From a virus (taxonomy: Duplodnaviria; Caudoviricetes): 64,000 bases of DNA. Below the pieces are notes generated by a model. That model saw only the letters and a program-made list of their open reading frames with translations, searched no databases and was not told where the DNA came from. Every line of letters begins with the position of its first letter. Within the stretch, counting starts at the first letter, position 1. Below are positions 22,207 to 33,329 of this stretch, piece by piece. The position numbers and the translations under genes were made by a program. The stretch lies in IMG/VR virus record IMGVR_UViG_3300026522_000021. One strand, 5' to 3'.

Positions 22207-22863
22207 TCACGAAATAATGCAAGCATTATTTTGTATTATTTCTAAATTATTCTTATGCACATACAGCTTTTCTGTAGACTTAAACTGATTATTCTTATTG
22301 ACATCAAGTATCCGTCTAATTTCTTTTTGCCATATACATACAAAATCATCTGGAGCATTTAATTCAGAAATATATACTACATGATCTTTGCTTATCTGTC
22401 TCATGTATTCCCAAAACTGTGCAGTATTAAAATCTTTGTTCACGTACCTTGTGGTATTATCATATGGTGGATCGGCGTATACTACGCATCCGTCTGGTAA
22501 TTGGACATCTCTATAATCAAAGCAAAGAAATTCTGCGTCCATTAGTGTTTTCATTTTAGACGCAAGCGACCGTTTACCACGTAAAGCATAGTTGACTTGT
22601 GCTTTATCTCTTGCGTAACCACCAAACCATTTACCGCCAAAGCTACACGCAAAACCGACAAAACCAGTAAGAGCTGGATCATCGTCTTTATGATCTTTTA
22701 TGTAATGATATTGTTCTTCTGTAATTACTTCTGGTAATTCATATCCATTCTGCAATGCCTTAAAAAGAGCAATTAGATATGGCTGATTGTCGTTACAAAC
22801 AATTCTATCGTATCCTTTAACTTTTGCTTCAATGTTACAAGCCCCACAAAAGAGGGAAACCAA
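22207..22863 (-). CDS. DNA adenine methyltransferase (Dam/D12 class); N-terminus lies out of frame upstream
   Basis: LFCGA, CND, SFGGKWFGGY, YADPPY; the YQGGK start motif occurs only in the two upstream minigenes. Confidence 0.8.
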   Translation of the reverse strand: MVSLFCGACNIEAKVKGYDRIVCNDNQPYLIALFKALQNGYELPEVITEEQYHYIKDHKDDDPALTGFVGFACSFGGKWFGGYARDKAQVNYALRGKRSLASKMKTLMDAEFLCFDYRDVQLPDGCVVYADPPYDNTTRYVNKDFNTAQFWEYMRQISKDHVVYISELNAPDDFVCIWQKEIRRILDVNKNNQFKSTEKLYVHKNNLEIIQNNACIIS

Positions 22864-22867
22864 GGTT

Positions 22868-23021
22868 CTACTTAGTAATACCCCCCTCTACGTGCAAGGC
22901 TATATCACTTGCAATCCTTGATTTTCCACCTTGATATCTCATCTGGTTAGTTGTACCCCCCCCTACTGATGATCTTCGCAATATCAGTAGATATTAGATA
23001 TTTACCGCCTTGATAGTGCAT
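22868..23021 (-). repeat. Two tandem 24-codon minigenes (23021-22947, 22942-22868) encoding the Dam N-terminus, each with a poly-G tract
   Basis: MHYQGGKYLISTDIAKIISRGGYN* and MRYQGGKSRIASDIALHVEGGITK*; G8 at 22956-22963, G6 at 22881-22886. Confidence 0.8.
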
Positions 23022-23023
23022 CG

Positions 23024-23467
23024 TTATTCCTCTTCTTTCAGTTTTACTTCATCTGCTTCGCCATCTAAACTATCGTAAGTTTCCATAGCTTCACGCTGCG
23101 CCAACATTCTTCTGTTTTTCAAATCTTCAAAAAACTGCTCTTTCGGATTGATAAACAGATACGCCAATTCATTACCGAAGAAAACGCCGTAAATAACATC
23201 CTTGCTATCATGCCATTTTCTTTTATCATCTTCTTCATATACGCACCATCTCATTTCCATGACGGTTGTATACTCATCAGTAAACGCTTGTCCTGCAAAT
23301 CCTCTTTTTAGGTTAAATCCTGTTGCTGTGTCAGCCCATGTCTGCATAAAGGTATCCGCTCTGAATTTCAAAAAACATGCGTTTTTCAAAATCTCTGCGC
23401 CTTCACTAAACACAAACTGTTTGAATTTGTATTCAATCAATTCAAGATTAGGATATTTTGCCATCAT
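23024..23467 (-). CDS. Hypothetical phage protein
   Basis: In-operon ORF. Confidence 0.6.
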   Translation of the reverse strand: MMAKYPNLELIEYKFKQFVFSEGAEILKNACFLKFRADTFMQTWADTATGFNLKRGFAGQAFTDEYTTVMEMRWCVYEEDDKRKWHDSKDVIYGVFFGNELAYLFINPKEQFFEDLKNRRMLAQREAMETYDSLDGEADEVKLKEEE

Positions 23468-25285
23468 GTCTCTACGTCCTTTACCTTTATTTGAATAATT
23501 CTATTTTCTAATTCGTGCTTTACCGCTCTTTCAAGCGCACTTTGCGTTATATACGATCTCTTTATTAAAGTTCTAATTGTTTCATCAAAATAATCCCCAG
23601 ATGGGCTTTGTGCGTTAAGCGATTTAATGGTTTGATCTAAAGCTCTTTGCACTTTATTTCTAATTTCTTCTTCGACTATTTCTTTGATTGTCCCTTGATT
23701 TAATCCTGCATCTGCAAGAAGTTGACTAATTTGGACTCGCAATTCACGTTTCTCTTCATATGTCATTTCTTATACTCCATCTTCAAGAAATTTCTTACTT
23801 GGTTATATCTTATAATATTGATAACATCATCTGATTTATAATCTTCCCAAAACTGATTGCATAACCAATCAGCCAGTTTATCATCATCTAAACTTCGCAA
23901 AAAATCTGCGTTCGTTCTTGGTCTATCATCATTTTCTTTTTCGATTTCTATTCTTGTAAACTCAGGGTCGGTTGAAGAAAATACATGATTTCCGCTTTCA
24001 TCTGAACAATGAACGAAAATAGAATATATGCCTGTTTCTATTTTCGATACCCCATCATATGTCCATTGCCTATTATTAATATCATCAATAAACGTGACAG
24101 ATAATTTCATTTTATCCATTGTTGTTTAATCCTTTCAATTTTCTTATGATCTGGCTCAAATAACTTGCATTGGTTTTCGTAATCTGTTTCATTAAACATA
24201 ATGTCATCATTTCCTCGTTCACAATAATCTGTAACACAAGCAAAGTCAGATTTCAAAAACTTACAAGTGTAGCATTCTCTGTTTATTGCAACCATAAATT
24301 ACTCCCAATAAATAGCCTGTCCGCAATTAGGACAGTAATCTTCTTCGTCTATCCTATGACCGCAAGATGGACAAAATCTACCATACATCACTATTCCTTC
24401 ATCGCTAACGCCTGTTGGTTTTAAATCTGCCTCTAATGCATTTGTCTTTTCGAGTGCATAAATAGCCATGCTTAATGCTTCAAGAATATCTTTTTCTGGC
24501 ATAACTAAACTGCAATTCGCGCACTCTTCTCTTTTACATTTAGTTGATTGAATACAATTGATAAGATTTATAGCATCATAATTCGTCATTCTATTATGCT
24601 CCCCTTCTTTTCTTTGCATTCTTTTTAATGCAATATACTTCTTTTCTTGCATCTTCATAAGATAGCCTGTATTTATTACCACAGAAGCCGCGTCCGCAAA
24701 CTTCGTTATATTCAGCACAATCAATGCATTTCAACACTGGAATACCTTTTGATTTATCAAATTCATTAAGCGTCAATCCCAACAATCCTCGTCATCATCT
24801 TCACCATCGAAACAATCACCTTCAAAATATTCATCTATTCTTTTTCTGTAATAATATTCATCTTTTCTTGCTTGATAGTTTTCTTCCTGTTTATATTCTT
24901 CATCAGTTAATGCGCCACATTTCCAATCGCTGTATGCACTCATATATTCACCTAAGAAAAGAACAGATGCACACACCATCTATAAATAGACGATGGATTT
25001 CGCGCTCCCTATAAATAGACAACGTGCATCTGTTATTTCATATGCCATAATTAGCTCTCCTTATATTCGATAATTTTTAGTTCATACCTTCTAAAATCGA
25101 AGGCAAGTATGCATTTACTCTGTTCACCGTATATAAATTCAATTGATGTATTCTGTTTATCGACATTGCCACCGTTAAACTCAAATAACAACGTTCTTTT
25201 TGTATTGTTTTCAAGTGTAACATCAATAGCAATTCTATCGACTTGTTTTATAACTTCATCGGAATTCACATTTATCTTCTCTGTA

Positions 25286-26788
25286 TTATTTTGCATTATT
25301 TATTTTCAATCCGATTTCGTTATACAATTCATCTACTGCACTTTTCTTTCGCTGTAGACAATCATATATCTTTTCATCAATAGTATCGCGAGCTTGCAAA
25401 ATAATGTATGTACATTTATTTGTTTGCCCTATTCTATGTATTCTGTCCTGACTTTGTTTGAATTCTTCATAGCTAAATGACAATGAATAATAAACATTAT
25501 ATGTACAGTTTACAAACGTTAATCCTTTTCCAAGTAATTGAGGATGTGTAAAAAGATATTTTATTTTGCCATCCCTGAAATCCCTTATAATATCATCTCG
25601 TCTTTTGGTTTTAGAAGTAAGTCCAACGCCTCCGAATTGTTCAGCAAGCGATTCTATCTCATATTGGAACTGACACCAGATAATAACCTGTTTATCGCCG
25701 ATTTCGTTTAAAACTTCCGATAAAATTGCTGTTTTATTGGAGAGCATTTTGACTATATTAGTACCTTTACTGCCTTTCGGATAAACGAAACCAGACACGA
25801 TTTCTCGCAGCTTCATCAGCTTTGCCGTAAACTCGAATTTCGACCATTCATTGATATGAGATTGAATGTCGTTTATCATTTCATCGTAATATTTGCGCTG
25901 TTCCTTTGAAAGATCGAAACGTCTTACTTGGAAAATCTTATCTGGCAAGTCAACACAATCTTCTTTCTTCAGGAATACGGACTGCTCGCCAAGACGTAAG
26001 TTATATCTTTCTTTATCTTCGTCTGTCTGAAACCACACATGAGGGTTAGCCATGTCTTGATGGAAATATCTTGCAAGAAAACCATAATAGTTATTACCGA
26101 AAATTTCATTGTTGACAAATTTCATTTGCGGAAAAATCTCACCATTGAAATTAGGGCATGGACATCCAGAAAGAACAAATCTATGGGGAATAACAGAAAT
26201 CATTTCAAGGATCATGCTTGTTATCTGGCTACCCATATTCTTCATACAAGAGCTTTCATCTACGATCATGCAATCAAATCCAGCTGCTCGAATTTCATTC
26301 TTTAAAATCTTGTAGCTTTCATAATTCATAACATAAATGTCAGCATCTTCATTCAGTGCATCAATGCGTCCATCGCGAGAATTTGACCAACAGTTAATGA
26401 TTTTCTTCCAAGGATAAAACTTATTGCAGTCATCAACCCATGCAGTTTCAATGACACTCAGAGGACAAAGAACAAGTGTCTTATTATAGTGCGATGCAAC
26501 CTCTAAGCCCATAACGGTTTTTCCTGTACCTGTATCAGCGAAGATACCATAGCATCCTGCGTTGAGTGCTTCGTTTACAATATCTTTTTGATAACCGCGA
26601 AGGAAGGATGAAAGCTCATATTCGATTTTCTTTGGTTTTTCAATACTTACATTTTCTGCGACCAGTCCATATTTCTGAAGTGTAGGAAGAGCATGGTCAG
26701 GAAAAATCCATTTGCCATCTTTGAACTTGCGCCCTTCGATTGTCCTTATGTACGGTATCTGTTCGACTGGAATTTCAAGAGTTATCAA
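25286..26788 (-). CDS. SNF2-family helicase/ATPase
   Basis: DTGTGKT, VDESS, LSGCP, QSQDRIHRIGQ. Confidence 0.9.
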   Translation of the reverse strand: MITLEIPVEQIPYIRTIEGRKFKDGKWIFPDHALPTLQKYGLVAENVSIEKPKKIEYELSSFLRGYQKDIVNEALNAGCYGIFADTGTGKTVMGLEVASHYNKTLVLCPLSVIETAWVDDCNKFYPWKKIINCWSNSRDGRIDALNEDADIYVMNYESYKILKNEIRAAGFDCMIVDESSCMKNMGSQITSMILEMISVIPHRFVLSGCPCPNFNGEIFPQMKFVNNEIFGNNYYGFLARYFHQDMANPHVWFQTDEDKERYNLRLGEQSVFLKKEDCVDLPDKIFQVRRFDLSKEQRKYYDEMINDIQSHINEWSKFEFTAKLMKLREIVSGFVYPKGSKGTNIVKMLSNKTAILSEVLNEIGDKQVIIWCQFQYEIESLAEQFGGVGLTSKTKRRDDIIRDFRDGKIKYLFTHPQLLGKGLTFVNCTYNVYYSLSFSYEEFKQSQDRIHRIGQTNKCTYIILQARDTIDEKIYDCLQRKKSAVDELYNEIGLKINNAK

Positions 26789-27329
26789 ATTCTTTCATCC
26801 TTTCTTTCATTGCTATCTCTTTTATAAGATATTTATGTTTTCTATTTTCTTCGCACCATTCGCAACCGCCATGATTTCTACAGGTTTTGTCTATCGCCTT
26901 TGAGCCTCGATATTCTTTTCTATGTTCTTTGCCATGTTCGATTGCTTTATCAAGGCTCATGATATTGGATCACCATTCATATCAAAATGCGATGCCATTT
27001 CAATATTCATTTGATATTCCTGTTCTTCATACCAGTCAGCAATTTCTTTCTCAACAAGAAAGTACATGGAATTTTCAGTCGTGATAATTAAACCATCATC
27101 TGCTCGTGTTACATGTTTAACCCAAGATGTAATGATTGATTTCAATACAGATGGTTCAACACATTCCATGTATAATTTCTTGTTAAGCTCTATTTTGTCT
27201 GCGTCAATATCAAGTACGCGTCCAAGGCGATTAACAACTTCGGCATCTGTTTTATCTACGCCTTGCAAATCAGTAATCTTAACAAGTTTATAAAGCATCA
27301 CTATCACCTTTCAGAATAATTATCTTGTA

Positions 27330-28136
27330 TTATTCATTTACCATATCTCCAATTTTCATTTCAGAAGTAGCATGATACCATTTGTATCCTCGATATTCCC
27401 TTAATCTTCCATTGCAACATTTCCCAATAAAGTTTGGGTGACAATTATTATCTTCACCTGCTGATTTCATTGATGGATATAGTTTTATTATTCTGTTCGT
27501 TTTAATATCGACTTGCGCAACAGGTTTTAATGTCTTTCCTTGTGACTTTATAATTGCACGATTTTTAACATCTACCTTTTGACCAATACTATAATCACCT
27601 GTATCATATTCCCAATAGTACCCATACATAGACATGGTTTCATGTTTACAACAATGACCGATATTTTGCGGAATTCCATCAACTTTGTTAGCAGCCTCTA
27701 TTAGTGACCCATATTTATTTATCACAACACCATCTTTATTGATTTGAACAACTGGAACATAGAATTGTTCATTCTTTAATAAACCATTTCTTTTTGCGTG
27801 TTCAACATTATGCTTTCTTGAACACCATTCCAGATTAGATACAATATTATTAGTTTTATTACAGTCAATATGATTGATCTCATTATAATTATATGGGTTT
27901 TCTATAAAAGCCTCTGCCACAAGCCTATGCACCAGTTTGTGCTTTTGTTTGTTCTCTTGATAAAGTGTTACAAATTCATATCCCTGTGGCATTTTACATA
28001 TAGATATATCAACACCTTTTCTAAAACTTGGCTTACCTTTATCAAACACATATCTATCAATACTTCTAACTCGACCGTAATTACTTACTTCATATAATCC
28101 TTCATAATCTTTAACTGGTTTCCATATCTCTTGCAT
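27330..28136 (-). CDS. NUMOD4-HNH homing endonuclease
   Basis: EIWKPV..YEGLYEVSNYGRVRS, VHRLVAEAF, NHIDCNKTNN..NLEW. Confidence 0.9.
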   Translation of the reverse strand: MQEIWKPVKDYEGLYEVSNYGRVRSIDRYVFDKGKPSFRKGVDISICKMPQGYEFVTLYQENKQKHKLVHRLVAEAFIENPYNYNEINHIDCNKTNNIVSNLEWCSRKHNVEHAKRNGLLKNEQFYVPVVQINKDGVVINKYGSLIEAANKVDGIPQNIGHCCKHETMSMYGYYWEYDTGDYSIGQKVDVKNRAIIKSQGKTLKPVAQVDIKTNRIIKLYPSMKSAGEDNNCHPNFIGKCCNGRLREYRGYKWYHATSEMKIGDMVNE

Positions 28137-29133
28137 TATCTTTTAGTTCTTTGATTTCTTTTGCTTTTAATCCAAGTGCTTTTAACTGCGCTTCAAGTTC
28201 TTTGATTTCTGCTCTGATATCTTTCTTCTTCTGCTGAAGCTGTTTCTGTTCTTCTTTTTCTTTCTTTCCGTTTTCGCTTTGCTCTTTGCCAATCGCTAAC
28301 TGCTCTTCAAAACGGTCTTTCATCTTTTCAATACTATCATCACAATCAAAGATAGTATCATCCCAAAGTGAAAAACGTTTTTCAATAGCTAAATCATAGT
28401 AATCTTTCAAAAGTTCTATTCCAATGGCATTTCTACCACATTCAATAGCAACCTTATTTGTCGTACCGCCCCCTCCAAAGGGATCAAGAATTGTATCACC
28501 CGGACAACTCCAAAGTCTTACGCATCTTTCAACAAGTTTTTCAGCAAAAGGCGTTGAATGTGATATACCAGAATTAGGAATATCCCATATTGCGTCAGCC
28601 CAATCAGCCCATTCTGCAAGGGTAATATCTGAAGCTTTAACTAATTCACAATCTCCAGACTTTTTATATACATAAACAAATCCAACGTTAGCTGCAAGAA
28701 TTGTATCTCTTGCTTTCATATTCCTATAATAGAGATTGCCTTGCGCTAACATCGCCCTTTGCGCTGAATACTTTCTCCAAAATGCTTTAGTCCACAACTG
28801 GAAATTATTTTCAAGCATAATCTTGTTAATATCGCCAGTAATAGACTCCTGCCCCATCTTATTATCTCTGCCAAGTGTGTAGTTATAATCTTCAAACTGT
28901 ATGATAAATTTACCACCAGATTTAAGAACACGTTCACATTCTGCGATAACAAGACCAAGCATATAATAATATTCTTCGTAGCTTTCACAATTAGATAAAT
29001 CGTGTGGATCGTTCGAGTAGATGCGCAAATTGTGGTAGGGGGGGCTTGTCATAATCATATCAACGCTTTCAGCGTCAAGCTTCTTTAGCTCCGTAAGACA
29101 GTCGCCATTAATCCATTTGTTTGTTAATCTCAT
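28111..29133 (-). CDS. Beta-class N4-C/N6-A DNA methyltransferase
   Basis: TSPPY precedes LDPFGGGGTT. Confidence 0.88.
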   Translation of the reverse strand: MRLTNKWINGDCLTELKKLDAESVDMIMTSPPYHNLRIYSNDPHDLSNCESYEEYYYMLGLVIAECERVLKSGGKFIIQFEDYNYTLGRDNKMGQESITGDINKIMLENNFQLWTKAFWRKYSAQRAMLAQGNLYYRNMKARDTILAANVGFVYVYKKSGDCELVKASDITLAEWADWADAIWDIPNSGISHSTPFAEKLVERCVRLWSCPGDTILDPFGGGGTTNKVAIECGRNAIGIELLKDYYDLAIEKRFSLWDDTIFDCDDSIEKMKDRFEEQLAIGKEQSENGKKEKEEQKQLQQKKKDIRAEIKELEAQLKALGLKAKEIKELKDNARDMETS

Positions 29134-29169
29134 CTTATGCTTTCCTTTCTTAGTTATCTTGCATTATCT

Positions 29170-29198
29170 ATTATACTAAATACAAGATAGCTTGTCAA
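29170..29198 (-). promoter_or_regulatory. Consensus SigA promoter
   Basis: TTGACA-17 nt-TATAAT. Confidence 0.85.
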
Positions 29199-30502
29199 TT
29201 ACTATCTTGTATTATTTCTTGATCTTCTTTCAGTTCTTTCGCCCATGTAACGAGCCACTTATTCTTATTCTTGAATGGATCTCTCATTACTTCGTCTAAT
29301 AGAAGATGAAGGACATGCCCGATTTCTTTACTTGGCTCATACCCAATCGCAATTAAATCATCGCCAGAAATATCCAACTTATCAAGGCTGCAACATTCAT
29401 TATTGCCGATAATAATTCCTGCGTCTATCTTCATCTGTTTTGCAATTTTTAAAAACTTAAATTTATTGAGATTGCCAGACACAGTAATCTTCGCTTGCCA
29501 CAAATCACACAGATTTTTTACGTTTCTAAAACCTATATCGTTTATAAGTTTTCGTGCTGCGTACTTTCGCTCTTCGCTTTCATATTTAATATGCTTATAA
29601 TCATCTAAATGTTTAAGCAGATCAATAACTGATTTGCTTGTCTGATTATCCATGCGGATATTAGACAATACTTCTTTAGGATTATCGGTAAACTGTAATA
29701 ACAGAGCCAACCGCACGACAAGCTCATCATCCCTGTTTGTTGCCATCAATGACTCTATAACTTGATGATGTTCAAATAGTTGTCCTGCTGTTTTTATCCT
29801 ATCATCAAAATAAGGCGTTAAACAATAGAACAAATCTAAGCATTTATACAATACACTAAACGAACTTGGAAACTGCGTCTGCATCATCTTGCAAAGTTCA
29901 GAACATATTCTTTCTTTGGATATATTAGATAACAGTTCACGTTGATAGCCCATATAATAAAGCGTATCGCGATCAATCCTGAAACCTAACGTAATTGCAA
30001 ATCTTAACGCCCTTAATATGCGCAGCGCATCCTCTTCAAATCGTTCAGAAGGAAAACCAACGCAACGAATAATCCCATCTTCCAAATCATTCAGCCCATT
30101 GAACAAATCAACAATGCCGACATCTGGATTATACGCCATAGCATTGATAGTGAAATCGCGCCGTTTCAAATCATCTTCAAGCCTTTCGGTAAAATTCACA
30201 TTATCAGGATGCCGACCATCACTATATGTTCCGTCAATTCTGAATGTGGTTATTTCATATGGTTCATCTTCTATCACTACAGTGACAGTGCCATGTTTGA
30301 TTCCAGTTTCTATTACCTTGTAATCTTGAAACACTTTCTCTACAACTTCAGGGAGCAAAGGCGTAGTTATATCCCAATCGCTCGGCTCTTTTCCTAAGAA
30401 CGTATCGCGCACACAACCGCCAACCACATAGCCTATACTCCCATATTCTTTAAGTTTATTTAAAATCAGTTCTACATTTTCAGGAAGGTGTATAATTCCC
30501 AT
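29195..30502 (-). CDS. cca: CCA-adding enzyme / tRNA nucleotidyltransferase
   Basis: VGGCVRD, DWDI, EITTFR, RRDFTINA, RFEEDALRILRALRF. Confidence 0.9.
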   Translation of the reverse strand: MGIIHLPENVELILNKLKEYGSIGYVVGGCVRDTFLGKEPSDWDITTPLLPEVVEKVFQDYKVIETGIKHGTVTVVIEDEPYEITTFRIDGTYSDGRHPDNVNFTERLEDDLKRRDFTINAMAYNPDVGIVDLFNGLNDLEDGIIRCVGFPSERFEEDALRILRALRFAITLGFRIDRDTLYYMGYQRELLSNISKERICSELCKMMQTQFPSSFSVLYKCLDLFYCLTPYFDDRIKTAGQLFEHHQVIESLMATNRDDELVVRLALLLQFTDNPKEVLSNIRMDNQTSKSVIDLLKHLDDYKHIKYESEERKYAARKLINDIGFRNVKNLCDLWQAKITVSGNLNKFKFLKIAKQMKIDAGIIIGNNECCSLDKLDISGDDLIAIGYEPSKEIGHVLHLLLDEVMRDPFKNKNKWLVTWAKELKEDQEIIQDSN

Positions 30503-31526
30503 TCAACACACTCCAATTCGCATCCGCGAGAAACTTGTTAATTCTATTGTAATCTGGATTAGATGGAAGTTGGCTATGTTCTTTTAAATATTCAAGTTTG
30601 TTTTCCATTTCATCAACGATTTCATAAAATTCTTTTGTTGGTTGTCTATTATCGTCAAGATATTTGCCGTTTCTAATCTCCATCAAGAAATCATGATCTT
30701 TGGCTCTATATGTTACAATCTTGCCATCTTCAAGAATGTCAAAACACATCAAGAAAAGCCTAATTAAATGAGTCATGTGCTTTGCCAACTTATCATGTTC
30801 GATAGCATGTTGATTGCGCTTTCCAAGTTTAGAATAATCTTTGACGATATTATTCATTTCAGACCACATACACTTATAATCGCGAAGAGGATAATGTTTT
30901 AACGACACATCCATAAAGATTTCTGTATCATAATCTTCTTGTTCTGACTTATCAATGTATAGCCTGATAGAATCTTCTGGATAATAGAAATATTTTTCAG
31001 GATAAGAATACCTTGCGTTTTCAATACTTGCCAGAATATGATGTTCCCTTTGTTCTTGGTTAACCAACCTAACAGCTTTGTTGTCGAGCCTTCGAAGATG
31101 GCTATTGGCATAACCGCCAAAAGAATGAACCGCTCTTTTTGACAAGAACATATCTGCATTGTCAATCAACGCCTGTCCAACATCGGAAACATAAAGATAC
31201 TGCCAAGGTTCTAATCCAAGAATTTCAATAGTATTGGGGTTACAATTCGACAACAGATTGATAATCTTTTCAAGCGAATAAACCGTTGTATCCGTAGCTT
31301 CATTAACAACCTGATCGAAACCTTTTCTTGTCAAAATATCTTCAGGCGAATGCGTTGCCACGCCACGAATATCAATATCACTATTCTCATTATTCGTACC
31401 ATAAGCATAACTGCCACCTAATCCAAGAAGAATAATATTATCGCCCAATGGCTTTTCTCTCAGGAAATTATATTCTTCAGACTGTACCTTCGCTTTAATT
31501 TCATCAATGTTCATATTTGAAATCAC
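30480..31526 (-). CDS. Pol-beta-like nucleotidyltransferase (RlaP/YcgL-like)
   Basis: GGSYAYGT...SDIDIRG, NPNTIE. Confidence 0.8.
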   Translation of the reverse strand: MISNMNIDEIKAKVQSEEYNFLREKPLGDNIILLGLGGSYAYGTNNENSDIDIRGVATHSPEDILTRKGFDQVVNEATDTTVYSLEKIINLLSNCNPNTIEILGLEPWQYLYVSDVGQALIDNADMFLSKRAVHSFGGYANSHLRRLDNKAVRLVNQEQREHHILASIENARYSYPEKYFYYPEDSIRLYIDKSEQEDYDTEIFMDVSLKHYPLRDYKCMWSEMNNIVKDYSKLGKRNQHAIEHDKLAKHMTHLIRLFLMCFDILEDGKIVTYRAKDHDFLMEIRNGKYLDDNRQPTKEFYEIVDEMENKLEYLKEHSQLPSNPDYNRINKFLADANWSVLNGNYTPS

Positions 31527-31749
31527 TCATTTCTTCGTTAAATCTATTGATCGTTTCAATGTTCTGGCTATGAATACGGATATTCAAAGGCTTTGTCAAA
31601 TCAAACGAGAAAATTCCCATGATTGATTTTGCATCAATGATATATCTTCCACTGCTCAAATCAATATCTTCTTCAAAGCTATCGCAGATTTTCACAAACC
31701 GTTTCACCCTGTCAATAGTATTTATCTGTACTTGAAATTCATTCAGCAT
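31504..31749 (-). CDS. HPr-like protein
   Basis: IDAKSIMG (Ser46 motif); start re-placed at MLNEFQ. Confidence 0.75.
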   Translation of the reverse strand: MLNEFQVQINTIDRVKRFVKICDSFEEDIDLSSGRYIIDAKSIMGIFSFDLTKPLNIRIHSQNIETINRFNEEMSDFKYEH

Positions 31750-32069
31750 CTTGATTTCCTTTCTTTCCTCTTGGTTTCTTGTCTGCATTCTTTTTCTGTT
31801 CGGCAGCTTGCTTTTTAAGTTCGTTATCAAGCTTTGCCATAATGCTTTCCCACCGTGCATATTCAGTTCTCTTTCCTCGTCTGCCTTTGTTCTTTCCCAT
31901 TCTATACTCCGTATCTATGTTTTATATATCTTCTAAATTCATCTATTGTTATGGATTGAAAAATGTCTTTATAGTCTTTCTCGATTTCATACATAATCCT
32001 TTCTATAGACTCGTATATCAAGTACAATGAAATATCAATTTTATCTAATTTTGAAAAATTATAATTCAT

Positions 32070-32699
32070 CTAATCCCATCCGTACTTATTCCCGAAATCT
32101 ATGAAGTCCTTATATCTTTTTACTTCATCTGGCGTATCAAGCTGTTTCCACATCTCGATAAATTCATCTATAACTTCATTCTTGTTTGTAAAGTCGTACT
32201 TGATCGTTGGTTGATTTCCGTATGTATGTGTAGTGATTGCTTTATGATGTCCGCGTATTTGTATGCCATTTGCGTTTACATCGCAGAAATCAATACCGAG
32301 AAAGTTCGGATAATCTTCCAACCCTTTATTTATTAATTTTTCAATCCTGACCATTTCGCCCTTGAATTTCTCAAGTGTTTCTATGGTTACATATGGCGAG
32401 CGCCAAAATCCTTTTGTATAAAGTTTGTTAATATGCTTTATTACCTTGCTGGCTTCTTCCCATCCATCATATAAATCTTCCCATCTTGCATACGCGCTGT
32501 AGTTCTGCAATGACATATTATCATCAAAGTAAACTACCATAGGATGATCTGCGTCCCATTCACATACCCTTGATAAGATACATGGCTTTAGATTTGCATC
32601 GCCAACTCCTTTATGACCATGATGCACATGATAGAAAACTCTTTTACCAAACAATTCTAATAATTGTTTTCGTGTAGCACCTTTACATGGTTTTACCAT
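32070..32699 (-). CDS. Hypothetical phage protein
   Basis: 209-aa ORF in gene string. Confidence 0.6.
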   Translation of the reverse strand: MVKPCKGATRKQLLELFGKRVFYHVHHGHKGVGDANLKPCILSRVCEWDADHPMVVYFDDNMSLQNYSAYARWEDLYDGWEEASKVIKHINKLYTKGFWRSPYVTIETLEKFKGEMVRIEKLINKGLEDYPNFLGIDFCDVNANGIQIRGHHKAITTHTYGNQPTIKYDFTNKNEVIDEFIEMWKQLDTPDEVKRYKDFIDFGNKYGWD

Positions 32700-32880
32700 C
32701 CTTTCTTAGCTCCTTAAATTCGCAAGGTACATACTGACCGTAAATATAATCTTTGTCCTTTGCATTACAGTGAAACTTCAATGTAATATTCTTTACATCT
32801 AAGTTGCTATGAACGCATTCTGAACATTCACTTGTGCAAATCATACTTCTGCTTTTACGCGCCATTATGTACCTCCTGTA

Positions 32881-33312
32881 TTAAATCTTTCCTGTATTTA
32901 TATCTATGTAAAGCCTATCTAATCCAGACTCAAATGCGCCTATTCCTGAAAAGCAACTGCACAATTTTAAGTTATCAAATAGATAAGGCATTGCTTTATA
33001 TAACTCTCTGTATATATAATATAAAACATCTACGACTATGCTATTTCCTGCTTGCTTATATAGCTGGCTATTACTTATTCCTGCTGCTTCTGCCTTATTG
33101 AAATCCTCATCGGAAAATCCCATAAGTCTAAAACATTCTTTTGGAGTTAATTTTCTGATCCTATATCCTGATACATCACAGTTTTCATCTTCATAAGTAA
33201 TCACTCGTTTCGCCCCCCCCGCGTCAATCGTCCGAATCGTACCTATAGTGTTATCGGAAAATGTTCTTAAACCTTCGTCATATCTTCTTTCACATACAAT
33301 CTTATTTGTCAC
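32881..33312 (-). CDS. C5 cytosine methyltransferase subunit carrying motifs IX, X and then I
   Basis: RKLTPKECFRLMGF, LYKQAGNS, then FSGIGAFE. Confidence 0.85.
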   Translation of the reverse strand: MTNKIVCERRYDEGLRTFSDNTIGTIRTIDAGGAKRVITYEDENCDVSGYRIRKLTPKECFRLMGFSDEDFNKAEAAGISNSQLYKQAGNSIVVDVLYYIYRELYKAMPYLFDNLKLCSCFSGIGAFESGLDRLYIDINTGKI

Positions 33313-33329
33313 TATTTACTACCACCAAA

